A DNA stretch of 64,000 nucleotides from Chitinophaga pinensis (GTDB lineage: Bacteria > Bacteroidota > Bacteroidia > NS11-12g > UBA955). The stretch covers positions 132,095 through 196,094 of the forward strand of contig CAMBXL010000004.1 in NCBI GenBank assembly GCA_945871905.1, written 5' to 3'. Positions 1 through 9,658 of the stretch are shown piece after piece. Numbering within the stretch: position 1 is the first letter of the stretch; the number at the start of each line of letters is the position of its first letter. Position numbers and translations under genes: made by a program. The notes beneath the pieces were generated by a model. The model saw nothing but the letters and a program-made list of their open reading frames with translations, was not told where the DNA came from and ran no database searches.

Positions 1-646
1 CAGTACCGATGAAAGAAAACTTATGGTTAAAAATGCTCTTCAAAATGTATTTACCTCAGCCGCTATTTCCGTTTCCCACGATTTGGAAGCCAGCGCAATA
101 GCTACTTGTGGAAACAAAGAGGGTTTGGCATGTATTTTAGGAACAGGCAGTAATATTTGCCACTGGAGTGGAACTTCAATTGTTCAACACGATGCCTTTT
201 TTGGCTTGGGTTATATTTTGGGTGATGAAGGCAGCGGTTGTGCAATGGGTAAACAACTTATTCGCGACTTTTTGTATTGTAAAATGCCTGAGGAAATTTC
301 GTTACAACTTATAAAATTGGGATTAAACAAGGACGAAATTATCAATAAAGTTTATACCCAAAAAGGGGCTAACGTCTATTTGGCGTCCTTTACTCATTTC
401 ATTTATGAGAATAAAAATCATTCTTATTTACAAAATTTAATCAATCAAACTTTTGATGAATTCATTAAATCTCACGTTTTAACTTTTTCTAACTACACCG
501 AAATACCTTGTAATTTTGTAGGTTCTGTAGCTTATATTTTCCAAGAAGAACTAAAACAAGTAGCTGATAAATATAAAGTTAGAATTGAAACCATTATAAA
601 ACAACCCATAGATAATTTATTGAATTACCACCTAAATAATAAATAA
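1..646 (+). CDS. BadF/BadG/BcrA/BcrD-type N-acetylglucosamine kinase-like protein (5' truncated by window edge)
   Basis: Motifs CILGTGSN, LGYILGDEGSG and FVGSVAY. The frame is open back to position 2, so the true start lies upstream of the window. Confidence 0.8.
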   Translation, partial: STDERKLMVKNALQNVFTSAAISVSHDLEASAIATCGNKEGLACILGTGSNICHWSGTSIVQHDAFFGLGYILGDEGSGCAMGKQLIRDFLYCKMPEEISLQLIKLGLNKDEIINKVYTQKGANVYLASFTHFIYENKNHSYLQNLINQTFDEFIKSHVLTFSNYTEIPCNFVGSVAYIFQEELKQVADKYKVRIETIIKQPIDNLLNYHLNNK

Positions 647-732
647 ACAAAATACCCCATTTCCTTTAATCGATTAATTAGTTCTGTTTAAAGGGTTTAT
701 TCTACTTAATTTTTGAAATATCCAAAAAAGGT

Positions 733-740
733 TATTTTTG
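733..740 (+). promoter_or_regulatory. Bacteroidota sigma70 -7 element (TATTTTTG) upstream of anmK
   Basis: Exact TAnnTTTG match 30 nt before the ATG at 771. Confidence 0.6.
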
Positions 741-770
741 CATTTCCTTAATTTTAAATTTATACTAATA

Positions 771-1868
771 ATGAAATCATATAAAGTCATTGGAATTATG
801 TCAGGATCGTCTATGGACGGCGTGGATATTGCACTATGTCATATTAAAGAGGACAATGGTGCTTATAGTTTTACCATAGAACAAGCCGAAACGATAGAAT
901 ACAACGAGAAATGGAGAGTTAGATTATCACAACTTAGAAAAGCAGATTCTTTGGCCTATGCCAAAACCGATGTTTTTTATGGCCATTATTTGGGACAATT
1001 GGTCAATGATTTTATCGCCAAACACCAAGTTAAGGTTGATTTAGTTGCTTCTCACGGACACACTGTTTTCCATTATCCAGAAGCTTTAATAACCCGTCAG
1101 GTTGGCGATGGCGCTTCATTGTCTGCAATATGTAATTTACCTGTTGTAACAGATTTCCGAAGTATGGATGTTGCAAAAGGTGGTCAAGGGGCTCCTCTTG
1201 TTGCTATAGGTGATGAAATGTTTTTTAGTCAATATGATTACTGCCTAAATCTTGGTGGTTTTGCCAATATTTCCGGGAAAATTGGTCAATACCGTGTTGC
1301 ATTTGATATTTCTCCTGCCAATATTATTCTTAACAGAACAGCCCGTGACTTGAACTTGGAATACGACAACAATGGTGAAATTGCTGCGCAAGGCTCCATC
1401 AATTATTCCATGTTAGAAAATTTAAATAAAATAGATTATTACAATTTACCTTTCCCAAAATCATTAAACAGAGATTGGATAAACAGTGAACTTTGGCAAA
1501 TAGTAAAAGAAGGAGATAAATTATCACCACAAGACAAAATGAAAACCTTTGTAGACCACATTGCATATCAAATTGCAAATAGCATCGACTATTTAAGTCA
1601 AAAACAGTCTGAAGGTAAACGTGTGTTAGTAACAGGTGGTGGCGCTTACAACAAAACTTTAATGGAACACATTCAAAGTCACAGTGATGCAAGGTTTGAA
1701 ATCCCTGATAATAAATTGATTGAGTACAAAGAATCTCTAATTTTTGCATTAATGGGCGTTTTAAGAATTCAAAACAAAGCCAATATTTACAAAACCTTTA
1801 CTGGGGCAAAATCTGACAGTATCAGCGGAAGTTTAAACGGAGATTTCTCAGCACTGTTGTCTATTTAA
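771..1868 (+). CDS. anmK: Anhydro-N-acetylmuramic acid kinase
   Basis: Motifs IGIMSGSSMDGVD, SHGHTVFH, DFRSMDVAKGGQGAPLV, LNLGGFANIS and VTGGGAYN. Start moved to the ATG at 771, downstream of the promoter. Confidence 0.93.
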   Translation: MKSYKVIGIMSGSSMDGVDIALCHIKEDNGAYSFTIEQAETIEYNEKWRVRLSQLRKADSLAYAKTDVFYGHYLGQLVNDFIAKHQVKVDLVASHGHTVFHYPEALITRQVGDGASLSAICNLPVVTDFRSMDVAKGGQGAPLVAIGDEMFFSQYDYCLNLGGFANISGKIGQYRVAFDISPANIILNRTARDLNLEYDNNGEIAAQGSINYSMLENLNKIDYYNLPFPKSLNRDWINSELWQIVKEGDKLSPQDKMKTFVDHIAYQIANSIDYLSQKQSEGKRVLVTGGGAYNKTLMEHIQSHSDARFEIPDNKLIEYKESLIFALMGVLRIQNKANIYKTFTGAKSDSISGSLNGDFSALLSI

Positions 1869-1907
1869 TAATTTTTGATTATTTTCGTAGGTGTTAAATT
1901 ATTTGTT

Positions 1908-2462
1908 ATGAAATCTGTCTTTTATTTTTTTTTGATTCTCCCCCTGTTTGTTTTTAATTCTTGTAAAAAAGAGGAAAAGAAAAACTTAATTGAAATTGAA
2001 TACCCACTTTCATTTTTTGATAAATTTGTGGGAGAAACTCATGGCGTTGATTCCTTAATCAGTCGCGAATCGTTTGAATTTCCTACTTCTTTGGATGGTG
2101 AATTAGCAAAGAAAAATACCAATAAAAGCAAAATAGTATCTGCACGACTAACTTACATGCGTATTCAAGTTATGGATTATGCTTGGGAAGATTCTACTAA
2201 ATATTCAAACCTAAAAGACATGTCTTTTCTTTCTATGGATCTTAAAAAAGCTGGTGTTGGTCAGGATTTAGTGGCGAGTAAAAACATCCCTGACCTTCGC
2301 ACAAGGTTCGTAAACCTCGAATTAAATGATGTTGAACTTAAAGAGTATTTGGCTCAAGAATCTTTTGCGTTTGTTGTAAAATACATCAAAAGAAGAGGAA
2401 TGCTTCACGACATGCCTTTTGCTATCAATTTGAAATTTAAAATAATAGCCGAAACCCTTTAG
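1908..2462 (+). CDS. Hypothetical surface lipoprotein
   Basis: Signal peptide II ending FNS-C, followed by KKEEKK (Bacteroidota lipoprotein export-type signal). ATG at 1908. Confidence 0.7.
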   Translation: MKSVFYFFLILPLFVFNSCKKEEKKNLIEIEYPLSFFDKFVGETHGVDSLISRESFEFPTSLDGELAKKNTNKSKIVSARLTYMRIQVMDYAWEDSTKYSNLKDMSFLSMDLKKAGVGQDLVASKNIPDLRTRFVNLELNDVELKEYLAQESFAFVVKYIKRRGMLHDMPFAINLKFKIIAETL

Positions 2463-4936
2463 TTGCAATCCACATCGGCAATAAAGACCAAAGCTTTATA
2501 ATTTTCACGTTTTAACAAGTAGTCGTAAACTTCTAAAACATACTTTTTAATATTTACGCCATCTTGGGGATTAGTACCAAATTTAATCAATAAATGGCGG
2601 ATATACATATTTCTTAGTTTGGACACATGAGGAGTTTCTGGCCCCAATACCCTGTTTCCCAATTGTTGTTTTAACAATTCAGTGTATTTTGCAGCCGCAT
2701 CATTCACCAATTGGTTTGACTTATGCTTAAATGTTATCTTGATTAACTTACTGAATGGAGGATAGTTAAACTGTTCTCTTTCACTGATTTGCTGATGGTA
2801 CATTTCCAAATAATTGTAATGCTCAACTGATTTTAATACAGGATGATTGGGCTGCTTGGTTTGAATAATCATTTGGCCTTTTTCTCCATGTCTCCCTGCC
2901 CTACCTGCTAATTGTATCAACAGTTGAAAGGTTCTTTCATTCGACCTAAAATCAGGAAAATTTAGAAGTTGATCAGCATTTACGACACTCGTTAATGATA
3001 CATTTTTGAAATCAAATCCTTTAACTACTATTTGAGTCCCAACTAACACATCTATTTTTTGATTCTCAAAATCATTGATAATGGTTTTAAAAGCATGCTT
3101 ACTGCTTGTACTATCTTGGTCGAACCGAGTCACATTAAGTTCGGGCAACAATTGCTGCAACTCTTCAGTAATTCTCTCTGTACCATACCCTTCCATCGTT
3201 AAAGTGTGATTGCCACAAGCCTGACATTTTACGATATTTTCGTGCTGAAATCCACAGTAATGACATCTTAAATTGTTAGAATATTTATAATAAGTTAAGG
3301 AAATATCACAATTAATACATTTACTTACCCATCCACAAGTGGTACATTCAATAATAGGAACAAAACCCTTTCGATTTTGGAACAAAATGGCTTGTTTATG
3401 TTCACTTTTTAATGATTTTAAATGGGTATAAAGTGTTTCACTGAAAATACCAGACATTGTTTTTTTTCTGATGTCTTCCTTTACATCAACAATAGTCATT
3501 TTTGCTGACAATGAATATCCATACCTTTCATCTAATTTTACCAATCCATACTTTCCCACTTGGGTATTGTAATAGGTTTCTACAGAAGGTGTCGCTGAGC
3601 CTAACAAAACTTTGGCGTTCAATTTATTGGCAAGCACAACCGCGCAATCTCTAGCTTGATAACGTGGCAATTTTTCCGACTGTTTGTAAGTATTCTCATG
3701 TTCTTCATCAACAATAATTAGACCCAATTGATGCATAGGCATAAACAAGGCCGACCTAGCACCCAATAAAACCTTAGCTTTACCTGACTGCACGTGTTGC
3801 CATATTTCCACTTTCTCATTAAAACTATATCGACTGTGAGAAACCATTAAGGTGTCACCAAAAAAGCCTTCAAGTAACTTAATAAACTGATGCGTTAAAG
3901 CCAATTCAGGCACTAAAACTAAGACACTATTCCCTTTTTCTAGTTGCTTTTTAATCAACTCAACATACAATAAACTTTTGCCCGACGCGGAAGCACCGTA
4001 CAATAATACAGTTGATTTAGACTCAAACTCAGTTTCAATAGCTTGAATAGCCTCTGATTGTTTGGGGGTTAATTGATAAGCATTATTTTGTGCCAAATGA
4101 TCCCCATATTGGAATCTATCAACTGCAATTTGTTCTTCGATAATTACTTTTTTAGTTACCAATTGTTTAATTGAAGACGACTTTAATTTGTAAGTGGAAA
4201 TTAATTTTGTTTTTAACGCTTGCCTTTCGTGACTTCCAATTAAGCAAAGCAAAACATCAAATTGACTTTTTTTACTTGCTTTTTGCTCAAATTCGCTCAT
4301 CAAAGCCATTAATTCAGCTTCGCTCAAAGCTTTATTTATCTTTAATAACTTTTCCGTTTTGGGTTTGTATTTTTGACCTAAATCTTCAAAAATAACAAGA
4401 TAACCACGGTCGTATAAACTTTTAATAACCTTAACAAAAGAAGTTTTAGACTTGAGGGTGGTTTCCAAATCAGCAATTTTAATTTTTTCCTTACCTTCCA
4501 AAACCTTTAAAATTTGCACCTCACGTTCGTCTAACTCCTCGGGATTGTAATCCAAATCATCCTGAATACAAACAAATGTTTCGCTTGCCAACCTTAATCC
4601 AGAAGGCAAGGCTGCCAACATAATGTCTCCTAATCCACACATGTAATAACCCGCCATCCATTCCCAAAAAGCCATTTGCTCTTCAGAAATCAAAGGATTG
4701 TCATCAATCATTGAAATTATATTTAAAGCTTCATACTGATGAGGGGCAACAGATGTAATAGATTTAATAATTGCAGTGTAAACTTTTCTAACCCCAAAAG
4801 GCACAAAAACCCTTTTTCCAACAACTGCTAATTCTAAATATTCATTTGGAACACGATAAGTAAATAATTTTTTTAGTGGCAAAGGTAAAACTACCTCTAC
4901 ATAGACTAAATCAGATATGAAATCGTCCTCAATCAA
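2459..4936 (-). CDS. priA: Primosomal protein N' (replication restart helicase)
   Basis: N-terminal VVLPLPLKKLFTYRVP, DEEHE motif II, LLGSATPS, two CxxC pairs (CTTC/CINC, CHYC/CQAC) and QLAGRAGR. Confidence 0.95.
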   Translation of the reverse strand: MIEDDFISDLVYVEVVLPLPLKKLFTYRVPNEYLELAVVGKRVFVPFGVRKVYTAIIKSITSVAPHQYEALNIISMIDDNPLISEEQMAFWEWMAGYYMCGLGDIMLAALPSGLRLASETFVCIQDDLDYNPEELDEREVQILKVLEGKEKIKIADLETTLKSKTSFVKVIKSLYDRGYLVIFEDLGQKYKPKTEKLLKINKALSEAELMALMSEFEQKASKKSQFDVLLCLIGSHERQALKTKLISTYKLKSSSIKQLVTKKVIIEEQIAVDRFQYGDHLAQNNAYQLTPKQSEAIQAIETEFESKSTVLLYGASASGKSLLYVELIKKQLEKGNSVLVLVPELALTHQFIKLLEGFFGDTLMVSHSRYSFNEKVEIWQHVQSGKAKVLLGARSALFMPMHQLGLIIVDEEHENTYKQSEKLPRYQARDCAVVLANKLNAKVLLGSATPSVETYYNTQVGKYGLVKLDERYGYSLSAKMTIVDVKEDIRKKTMSGIFSETLYTHLKSLKSEHKQAILFQNRKGFVPIIECTTCGWVSKCINCDISLTYYKYSNNLRCHYCGFQHENIVKCQACGNHTLTMEGYGTERITEELQQLLPELNVTRFDQDSTSSKHAFKTIINDFENQKIDVLVGTQIVVKGFDFKNVSLTSVVNADQLLNFPDFRSNERTFQLLIQLAGRAGRHGEKGQMIIQTKQPNHPVLKSVEHYNYLEMYHQQISEREQFNYPPFSKLIKITFKHKSNQLVNDAAAKYTELLKQQLGNRVLGPETPHVSKLRNMYIRHLLIKFGTNPQDGVNIKKYVLEVYDYLLKRENYKALVFIADVDCN

Positions 4937-5409
4937 AGAGATTTTGGATTTAATATTTCAAACAAATCACCTTGGTGTAACTCAACACCATTTTTAAACT
5001 CAATCAAAGCATAACCAGTAGTAGGCAATTCAGAACAACCTTTTTTTGAAAGTAGATTAGCCAATTCGCTTAATCCCATATTGTGACCAACAACAGCAAT
5101 AAAATTATGCTTTGCGACATATTTATTTATAATATCCAAAACTTCTGAAGCGCTTGCATGGTAAAGTTCATTCAAATAAACAATATTGGGAACAACATCC
5201 ATAAAATCAAAGAATAGTTCAGTCGTTTGTTTTGTTCTATTTGCTGAACTTGATAAAATTAAATCAGGAAAAGGGTATTTTGAAAAATAGTATTTTTTTA
5301 CCTTTTGGATAGTCAATAAACCTTGTTCACTCAAATTTCTCTCAAAATCAGATTTAATAAAACTGATTTCCTCCGATTTTGAGTGCCTTAGTAAAAGTAA
5401 TGTTTTCAT
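4933..5409 (-). CDS. sixA: SixA-family phosphohistidine phosphatase
   Basis: Motifs LLLLRHSKS, DFERNLSEQG, SSANRTKQT and VVGHN. Confidence 0.8.
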   Translation of the reverse strand: MKTLLLLRHSKSEEISFIKSDFERNLSEQGLLTIQKVKKYYFSKYPFPDLILSSSANRTKQTTELFFDFMDVVPNIVYLNELYHASASEVLDIINKYVAKHNFIAVVGHNMGLSELANLLSKKGCSELPTTGYALIEFKNGVELHQGDLFEILNPKSL

Positions 5410-5416
5410 GCTTTTT

Positions 5417-5827
5417 TTATTCTATTTTATTATTAATGATTTTAATTCCAATGATTGTCCATCCTAATATCATATTAACACCTGCAAAAGGTGCAACCCA
5501 ACCCATTTTTTTCAAAAAAAGCAACCCTTCTAGTTCATAAAAAGAAACTAAATACAAACTCAAGCTAAATAAAACCATGCCCATTAATACTAAAAAAATT
5601 ATTTGTTTAGAAATCTCAATTTTGTAATTAGTTTTGTATTGAATTAAAACAATCAGAGCAATAGATTGAATGGCCAAATAATAATTAGCTTTATTAAAAA
5701 CCTTCAGCCTATCTTCTGAAAGAATTTTTTCCAAACCATGAGCCCCTAATGCTCCCATTTCAATAGAAAAAGAAAAAAGTATGAAACACAAACCAATTAT
5801 TTTTTTATCTTGCTTCAATAAAAACAT
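5417..5827 (-). CDS. DUF423/YgdD-family small membrane protein
   Basis: Motifs MGALGAHGL, GMVLFSLSLY and MGWVAPFAG..ILGW; about 4 TM segments. ATG at 5827 chosen as start. Confidence 0.8.
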   Translation of the reverse strand: MFLLKQDKKIIGLCFILFSFSIEMGALGAHGLEKILSEDRLKVFNKANYYLAIQSIALIVLIQYKTNYKIEISKQIIFLVLMGMVLFSLSLYLVSFYELEGLLFLKKMGWVAPFAGVNMILGWTIIGIKIINNKIE

Positions 5828-5840
5828 TTCACAAAAATAT

Positions 5841-7340
5841 ATGAAAAAACAGATTTTATACATTCTAATTCTATTTAGTTTTTTAAATAATTATTGTCTC
5901 AAATTACAATCGCAAACGTTTCTTGGTTTGCAACACAGTAACTATGGAGGAATTCATCAAACCAACTTAAATCCAGCCTCTATTGTAAATAGTAGACATA
6001 AAATGCATATTAACGCTTTTACTTTTGGAACAGGTTTTAACAATGATTACTTAAGTTTAAACATGCCATTTTCATTACTCAATTTAATTACAGGCAATGT
6101 TCCTGCCCAATTTAAAAATCCAAATGGAAGTGTAAAGTTTGACGAAAATTGGCTTAAAGAGAACATTAATGGCAAATCGAAAAATGTAAATTTATATTTA
6201 CAAACACGAGCTCCTGGATATATGCAACAGATTGGTAAAGGGTTTGCTTTTGGCTTTCAATACAAAAATAACTTATCTTTCCAAATTAATGATTTTGCTG
6301 AACCATTGGCTAGACTCGCTAGACACGGTGTTGATAGCAGCAATGGTTCTGTTACCTTCAGTGGTCCTAATCAATTCAGTGTTGGTCAAAACTTTGGCGA
6401 CAATGCATTTACAGTGAATATAAATGCCTACGGTGAATTCGGAATTACACTTGCCAAAACTATCATTAACAATGAAAATATGGTTATTAAAGCAGGAATA
6501 ACTCCCAAGTTATTGATGGGTTATGCAACAGGTTATGTCAAAAACAAAGGGGTCTCTTTCAGAGCTACAGGAAGCGATTCTATAATATTCAATAAGACTG
6601 ATATTGAATATGGTTATACAGATCCAAGTTATTTTGAGAATATCAATGCCGTAAATTTTGATGTATTAAAAAACAATCTTCAAGGGACTGGTTTTGGTTA
6701 TGACATCGGTGGGACATTTGAACTGAAAGCAAAAAAAGACAGCAAAACCAAAAACAAGAATAATCTTTACATTTTTCGAGGTGGATTGAGTTTGTTAGAC
6801 GGCGGCAAAATCACTTACAAAAACAATTTAAAAAACATAAGAATTACTAATGGTGCAAACGACAAAGTTTTGAAAATTGACACCAATTTTATCAATGCAT
6901 TCAGCAATGGTCAAGATGAAGGAATAAGATATGCAGACAGTACCTTAAGAACTATTTTTCAAATAGACAGTTTTGACTCTCAAATTATAACGGCAATGCC
7001 TAGTACCATTAACTTTCAGTTTGATTACAATGTGTTTAAATTTTTCTATGTTGGTGCCAATTGGTCGCAAGATTTAAGAGGGAAAAAAGCAGTTGGCGTT
7101 CGAAGAGCATCCTATTTAATGTTGATTCCAAGGATGGAAACAAAGTTATTTGAATTGGCATTACCTATTGGATTAATGAATGATTACCGAAACGGAATAG
7201 TCGGCCTATATTGCAGAGTAGGTCCGATATTTGTTGGTTCCGATAATTTAATCGGTCAACTTAAAGGCAAAAATATCTATGGTTCTGATTTTTACGTTGG
7301 AATTAGTGCGGGTATTACTGGAAAAAAGAAAAAAGACTAA
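5841..7340 (+). CDS. DUF5723-like outer-membrane beta-barrel protein
   Basis: Signal peptide, then SNYGGIH..NLNPASIV, GFGYDIGG and C-terminal GPIFVGSDNL. ATG at 5841. Confidence 0.7.
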   Translation: MKKQILYILILFSFLNNYCLKLQSQTFLGLQHSNYGGIHQTNLNPASIVNSRHKMHINAFTFGTGFNNDYLSLNMPFSLLNLITGNVPAQFKNPNGSVKFDENWLKENINGKSKNVNLYLQTRAPGYMQQIGKGFAFGFQYKNNLSFQINDFAEPLARLARHGVDSSNGSVTFSGPNQFSVGQNFGDNAFTVNINAYGEFGITLAKTIINNENMVIKAGITPKLLMGYATGYVKNKGVSFRATGSDSIIFNKTDIEYGYTDPSYFENINAVNFDVLKNNLQGTGFGYDIGGTFELKAKKDSKTKNKNNLYIFRGGLSLLDGGKITYKNNLKNIRITNGANDKVLKIDTNFINAFSNGQDEGIRYADSTLRTIFQIDSFDSQIITAMPSTINFQFDYNVFKFFYVGANWSQDLRGKKAVGVRRASYLMLIPRMETKLFELALPIGLMNDYRNGIVGLYCRVGPIFVGSDNLIGQLKGKNIYGSDFYVGISAGITGKKKKD

Positions 7341-7454
7341 TCAATTTAATTGTTGTAATAAAATCGTCTAAAAAAAGGGGCATTTTGTAAGAGATGTTTG
7401 CTAATAATTTCATGTTTTAATAATATTACATTAGGTTTGCAATTTATTAACCAA

Positions 7455-8669
7455 ATGTCGAATCATAAACAAATAAGCGAAACAATCGCTCAACGTTTAA
7501 ATAGAATTGTCGAATCAGAAACGATTGCAATGGCAAAACTAGGAAGAGCGCTAGCTGCAGAAGGTAAACCAATTATTAATTTAAGCTTTGGCGAACCAGA
7601 TTTTAGAACGCCTGATCATATTAAACAAGCCGCTATTGATGCTATCAATCAAAATTTCACATACTACACTCCTGTTGCAGGTATCCCTGATTTAAAAGAA
7701 GCTGTAAAGCTTAAGTTTAAAAGAGATAATAACTTAGAATATAACACTGACCAAATTGTGGTTAGTACTGGTGCTAAAAATTCAATAATGAATACCGTTT
7801 TAGCTTTGGTAAATCCTGGTGATGAAGTTATTATTCCACAGCCTTATTGGGTTAGTTACTCAGACATGGTAAATTTAGCTGAAGGAGTTTGTGTGTTTAT
7901 AAATACAAGTATTGACGAACATTACAAAATAACACCTCAACAACTTGAGGAAGCAATTACTCCTAAAACTAAATTATTCATGTTTAGCAGCCCTAATAAT
8001 CCAAGCGGTATGATTTATAATGAAAGTGAATTAAAGGCATTTGCGGAGGTGTTTGAACGCCATCCTCATGTTTATATTCTAAGTGATGAAATCTATGAAC
8101 ACATTAATTTCAACGAAAAACACTACAGTATTGCCAATTATGGAACTTTAATCAATCGTACAATAACTGTTAATGGTGTTTCTAAAGCATTTTCAATGAC
8201 TGGTTGGAGAATTGGTTATATCGGAGCGCCTAAAGAAATAGCTTTTGCTTGTGAAAAACTTCAAAGTCAGTTCACAAGTGGTACAAACTCTATTGCCCAA
8301 AAAGCTGCAATTGCTGCATTACTTGGCGTTATGCAACCAACCTACGATATGAGAACTGCTTTTCATAGTCGCCGTGACTTGTGTTATAACTTATTGAAAG
8401 ATGTTGAAGGTATTAAACTATTAAATCCAGATGGTGCTTTCTATTTATTTCCAGATATCAGTCATTTCATAGGTAAATCTTATAAAAACTATACAATTCA
8501 TAATTCACAAGACCTTTGTATGTATATTCTTAATGAGTTTTATGTAGTTACAGTAGCAGGAAGTGCTTTTGGTAACGACCATTGCATTCGTTTATCGTAT
8601 GCAACCAATGAAGATAACTTAACAATTGCCATTAATAGAATTAAAGAAGCACTTAGTTTACTTAAATAA
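7455..8669 (+). CDS. aspC: PLP-dependent class I/II aminotransferase (aspartate aminotransferase-like)
   Basis: Motifs LSFGEPDF, YTPVAGI, SPNNPSG, SDEIYEH and NGVSKAFSMTGWRIGY (PLP lysine). Confidence 0.85.
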   Translation: MSNHKQISETIAQRLNRIVESETIAMAKLGRALAAEGKPIINLSFGEPDFRTPDHIKQAAIDAINQNFTYYTPVAGIPDLKEAVKLKFKRDNNLEYNTDQIVVSTGAKNSIMNTVLALVNPGDEVIIPQPYWVSYSDMVNLAEGVCVFINTSIDEHYKITPQQLEEAITPKTKLFMFSSPNNPSGMIYNESELKAFAEVFERHPHVYILSDEIYEHINFNEKHYSIANYGTLINRTITVNGVSKAFSMTGWRIGYIGAPKEIAFACEKLQSQFTSGTNSIAQKAAIAALLGVMQPTYDMRTAFHSRRDLCYNLLKDVEGIKLLNPDGAFYLFPDISHFIGKSYKNYTIHNSQDLCMYILNEFYVVTVAGSAFGNDHCIRLSYATNEDNLTIAINRIKEALSLLK

Positions 8670-9658
8670 TGAATCCAATTATTGAACAATTTTCCGGTAA
8701 AAAAGTATTGATTATAGGTGATGTAATGGTGGATGCCTACATTATGGGTAAGGTTGAACGTGTATCACCTGAAGCCCCTGTGCCTATTGTTAATATCGAA
8801 TCATTGGACAATCGTTTAGGTGGTGCTGCTAACGTTGCTCTAAATATTCATGCCTTGGGAGCTACTCCTTTGTTGTGCACCGTTATTGGCGATGACAAAG
8901 AAGGAATAGAATTTCTAAATATTCTTGATAAGTTCCAAATGGGACATCATGGAATATTAAAATCTGATGATAGAAAAACCACAACCAAAACCAGAGTTTT
9001 GGGTAATAAACACCAATTACTTAGGTTAGATAACGAAGTAACGCACGACCTTTGTGAACAAGACCATAATGCATTATTAAATCTTGTAAATGATATGTTA
9101 CCATTGTGTGATGTAGTTATATTGCAAGATTACAATAAAGGGGTTTTAACCTCATCCAATATACCGTTGATAATACAAATGGCAAAAACAGCTGGAAAAC
9201 CCATTGCTGTTGACCCTAAAAAGAAAAACTTTTTAAGTTACAATGGTGTCACGTTATTTAAACCCAATCTTAAAGAAATTAAAGAAGGCTTAAACAGTGA
9301 TCAAAATTTAAAAGTTAAGTCTAACCTTATTGAAGCTGTTAAGGAATTGAACAAACACCTTAATAATTCAATTACAATGGTTACGCTTTCAGAGGATGGA
9401 GTAATGATTACCGACCACCAAAACTTTGATTTTATTCCTGCTCACCTCAGAAATATTTCAGATGTAAGTGGTGCTGGAGATACCGTAATCAGTGTTGCAT
9501 CTTTATGTTTAGCTTGCAATACTGAAATGCACATTATCGCCGAGTTGTCCAATTTGGCTGGTGGATTAGTTTGCGAAGAAAACGGGGTTGTACCTATTGA
9601 CTTAGAAAAACTTAATAAGGAATTTTCGGCTTTATTTAATAAAGAAACAAACCATTGA
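8669..9658 (+). CDS. Heptose-7-phosphate kinase (RfaE/HldE domain I), PfkB family
   Basis: Motifs RVSPEAPVP, GGAANVALN, DYNKG, VDPK and DVSGAGDTV. No adenylyltransferase domain is fused. Confidence 0.88.
   Translation: MNPIIEQFSGKKVLIIGDVMVDAYIMGKVERVSPEAPVPIVNIESLDNRLGGAANVALNIHALGATPLLCTVIGDDKEGIEFLNILDKFQMGHHGILKSDDRKTTTKTRVLGNKHQLLRLDNEVTHDLCEQDHNALLNLVNDMLPLCDVVILQDYNKGVLTSSNIPLIIQMAKTAGKPIAVDPKKKNFLSYNGVTLFKPNLKEIKEGLNSDQNLKVKSNLIEAVKELNKHLNNSITMVTLSEDGVMITDHQNFDFIPAHLRNISDVSGAGDTVISVASLCLACNTEMHIIAELSNLAGGLVCEENGVVPIDLEKLNKEFSALFNKETNH

Noticed and set aside
738-770. Upstream TTG/ATG starts given by the ORF track for anmK (also 5781, 5863, 7398, 33096, 33187, 37416, 39562, 63395)
   Set aside because: The extensions overlap promoter elements or neighbouring genes and add no conserved residues, so downstream starts were preferred.
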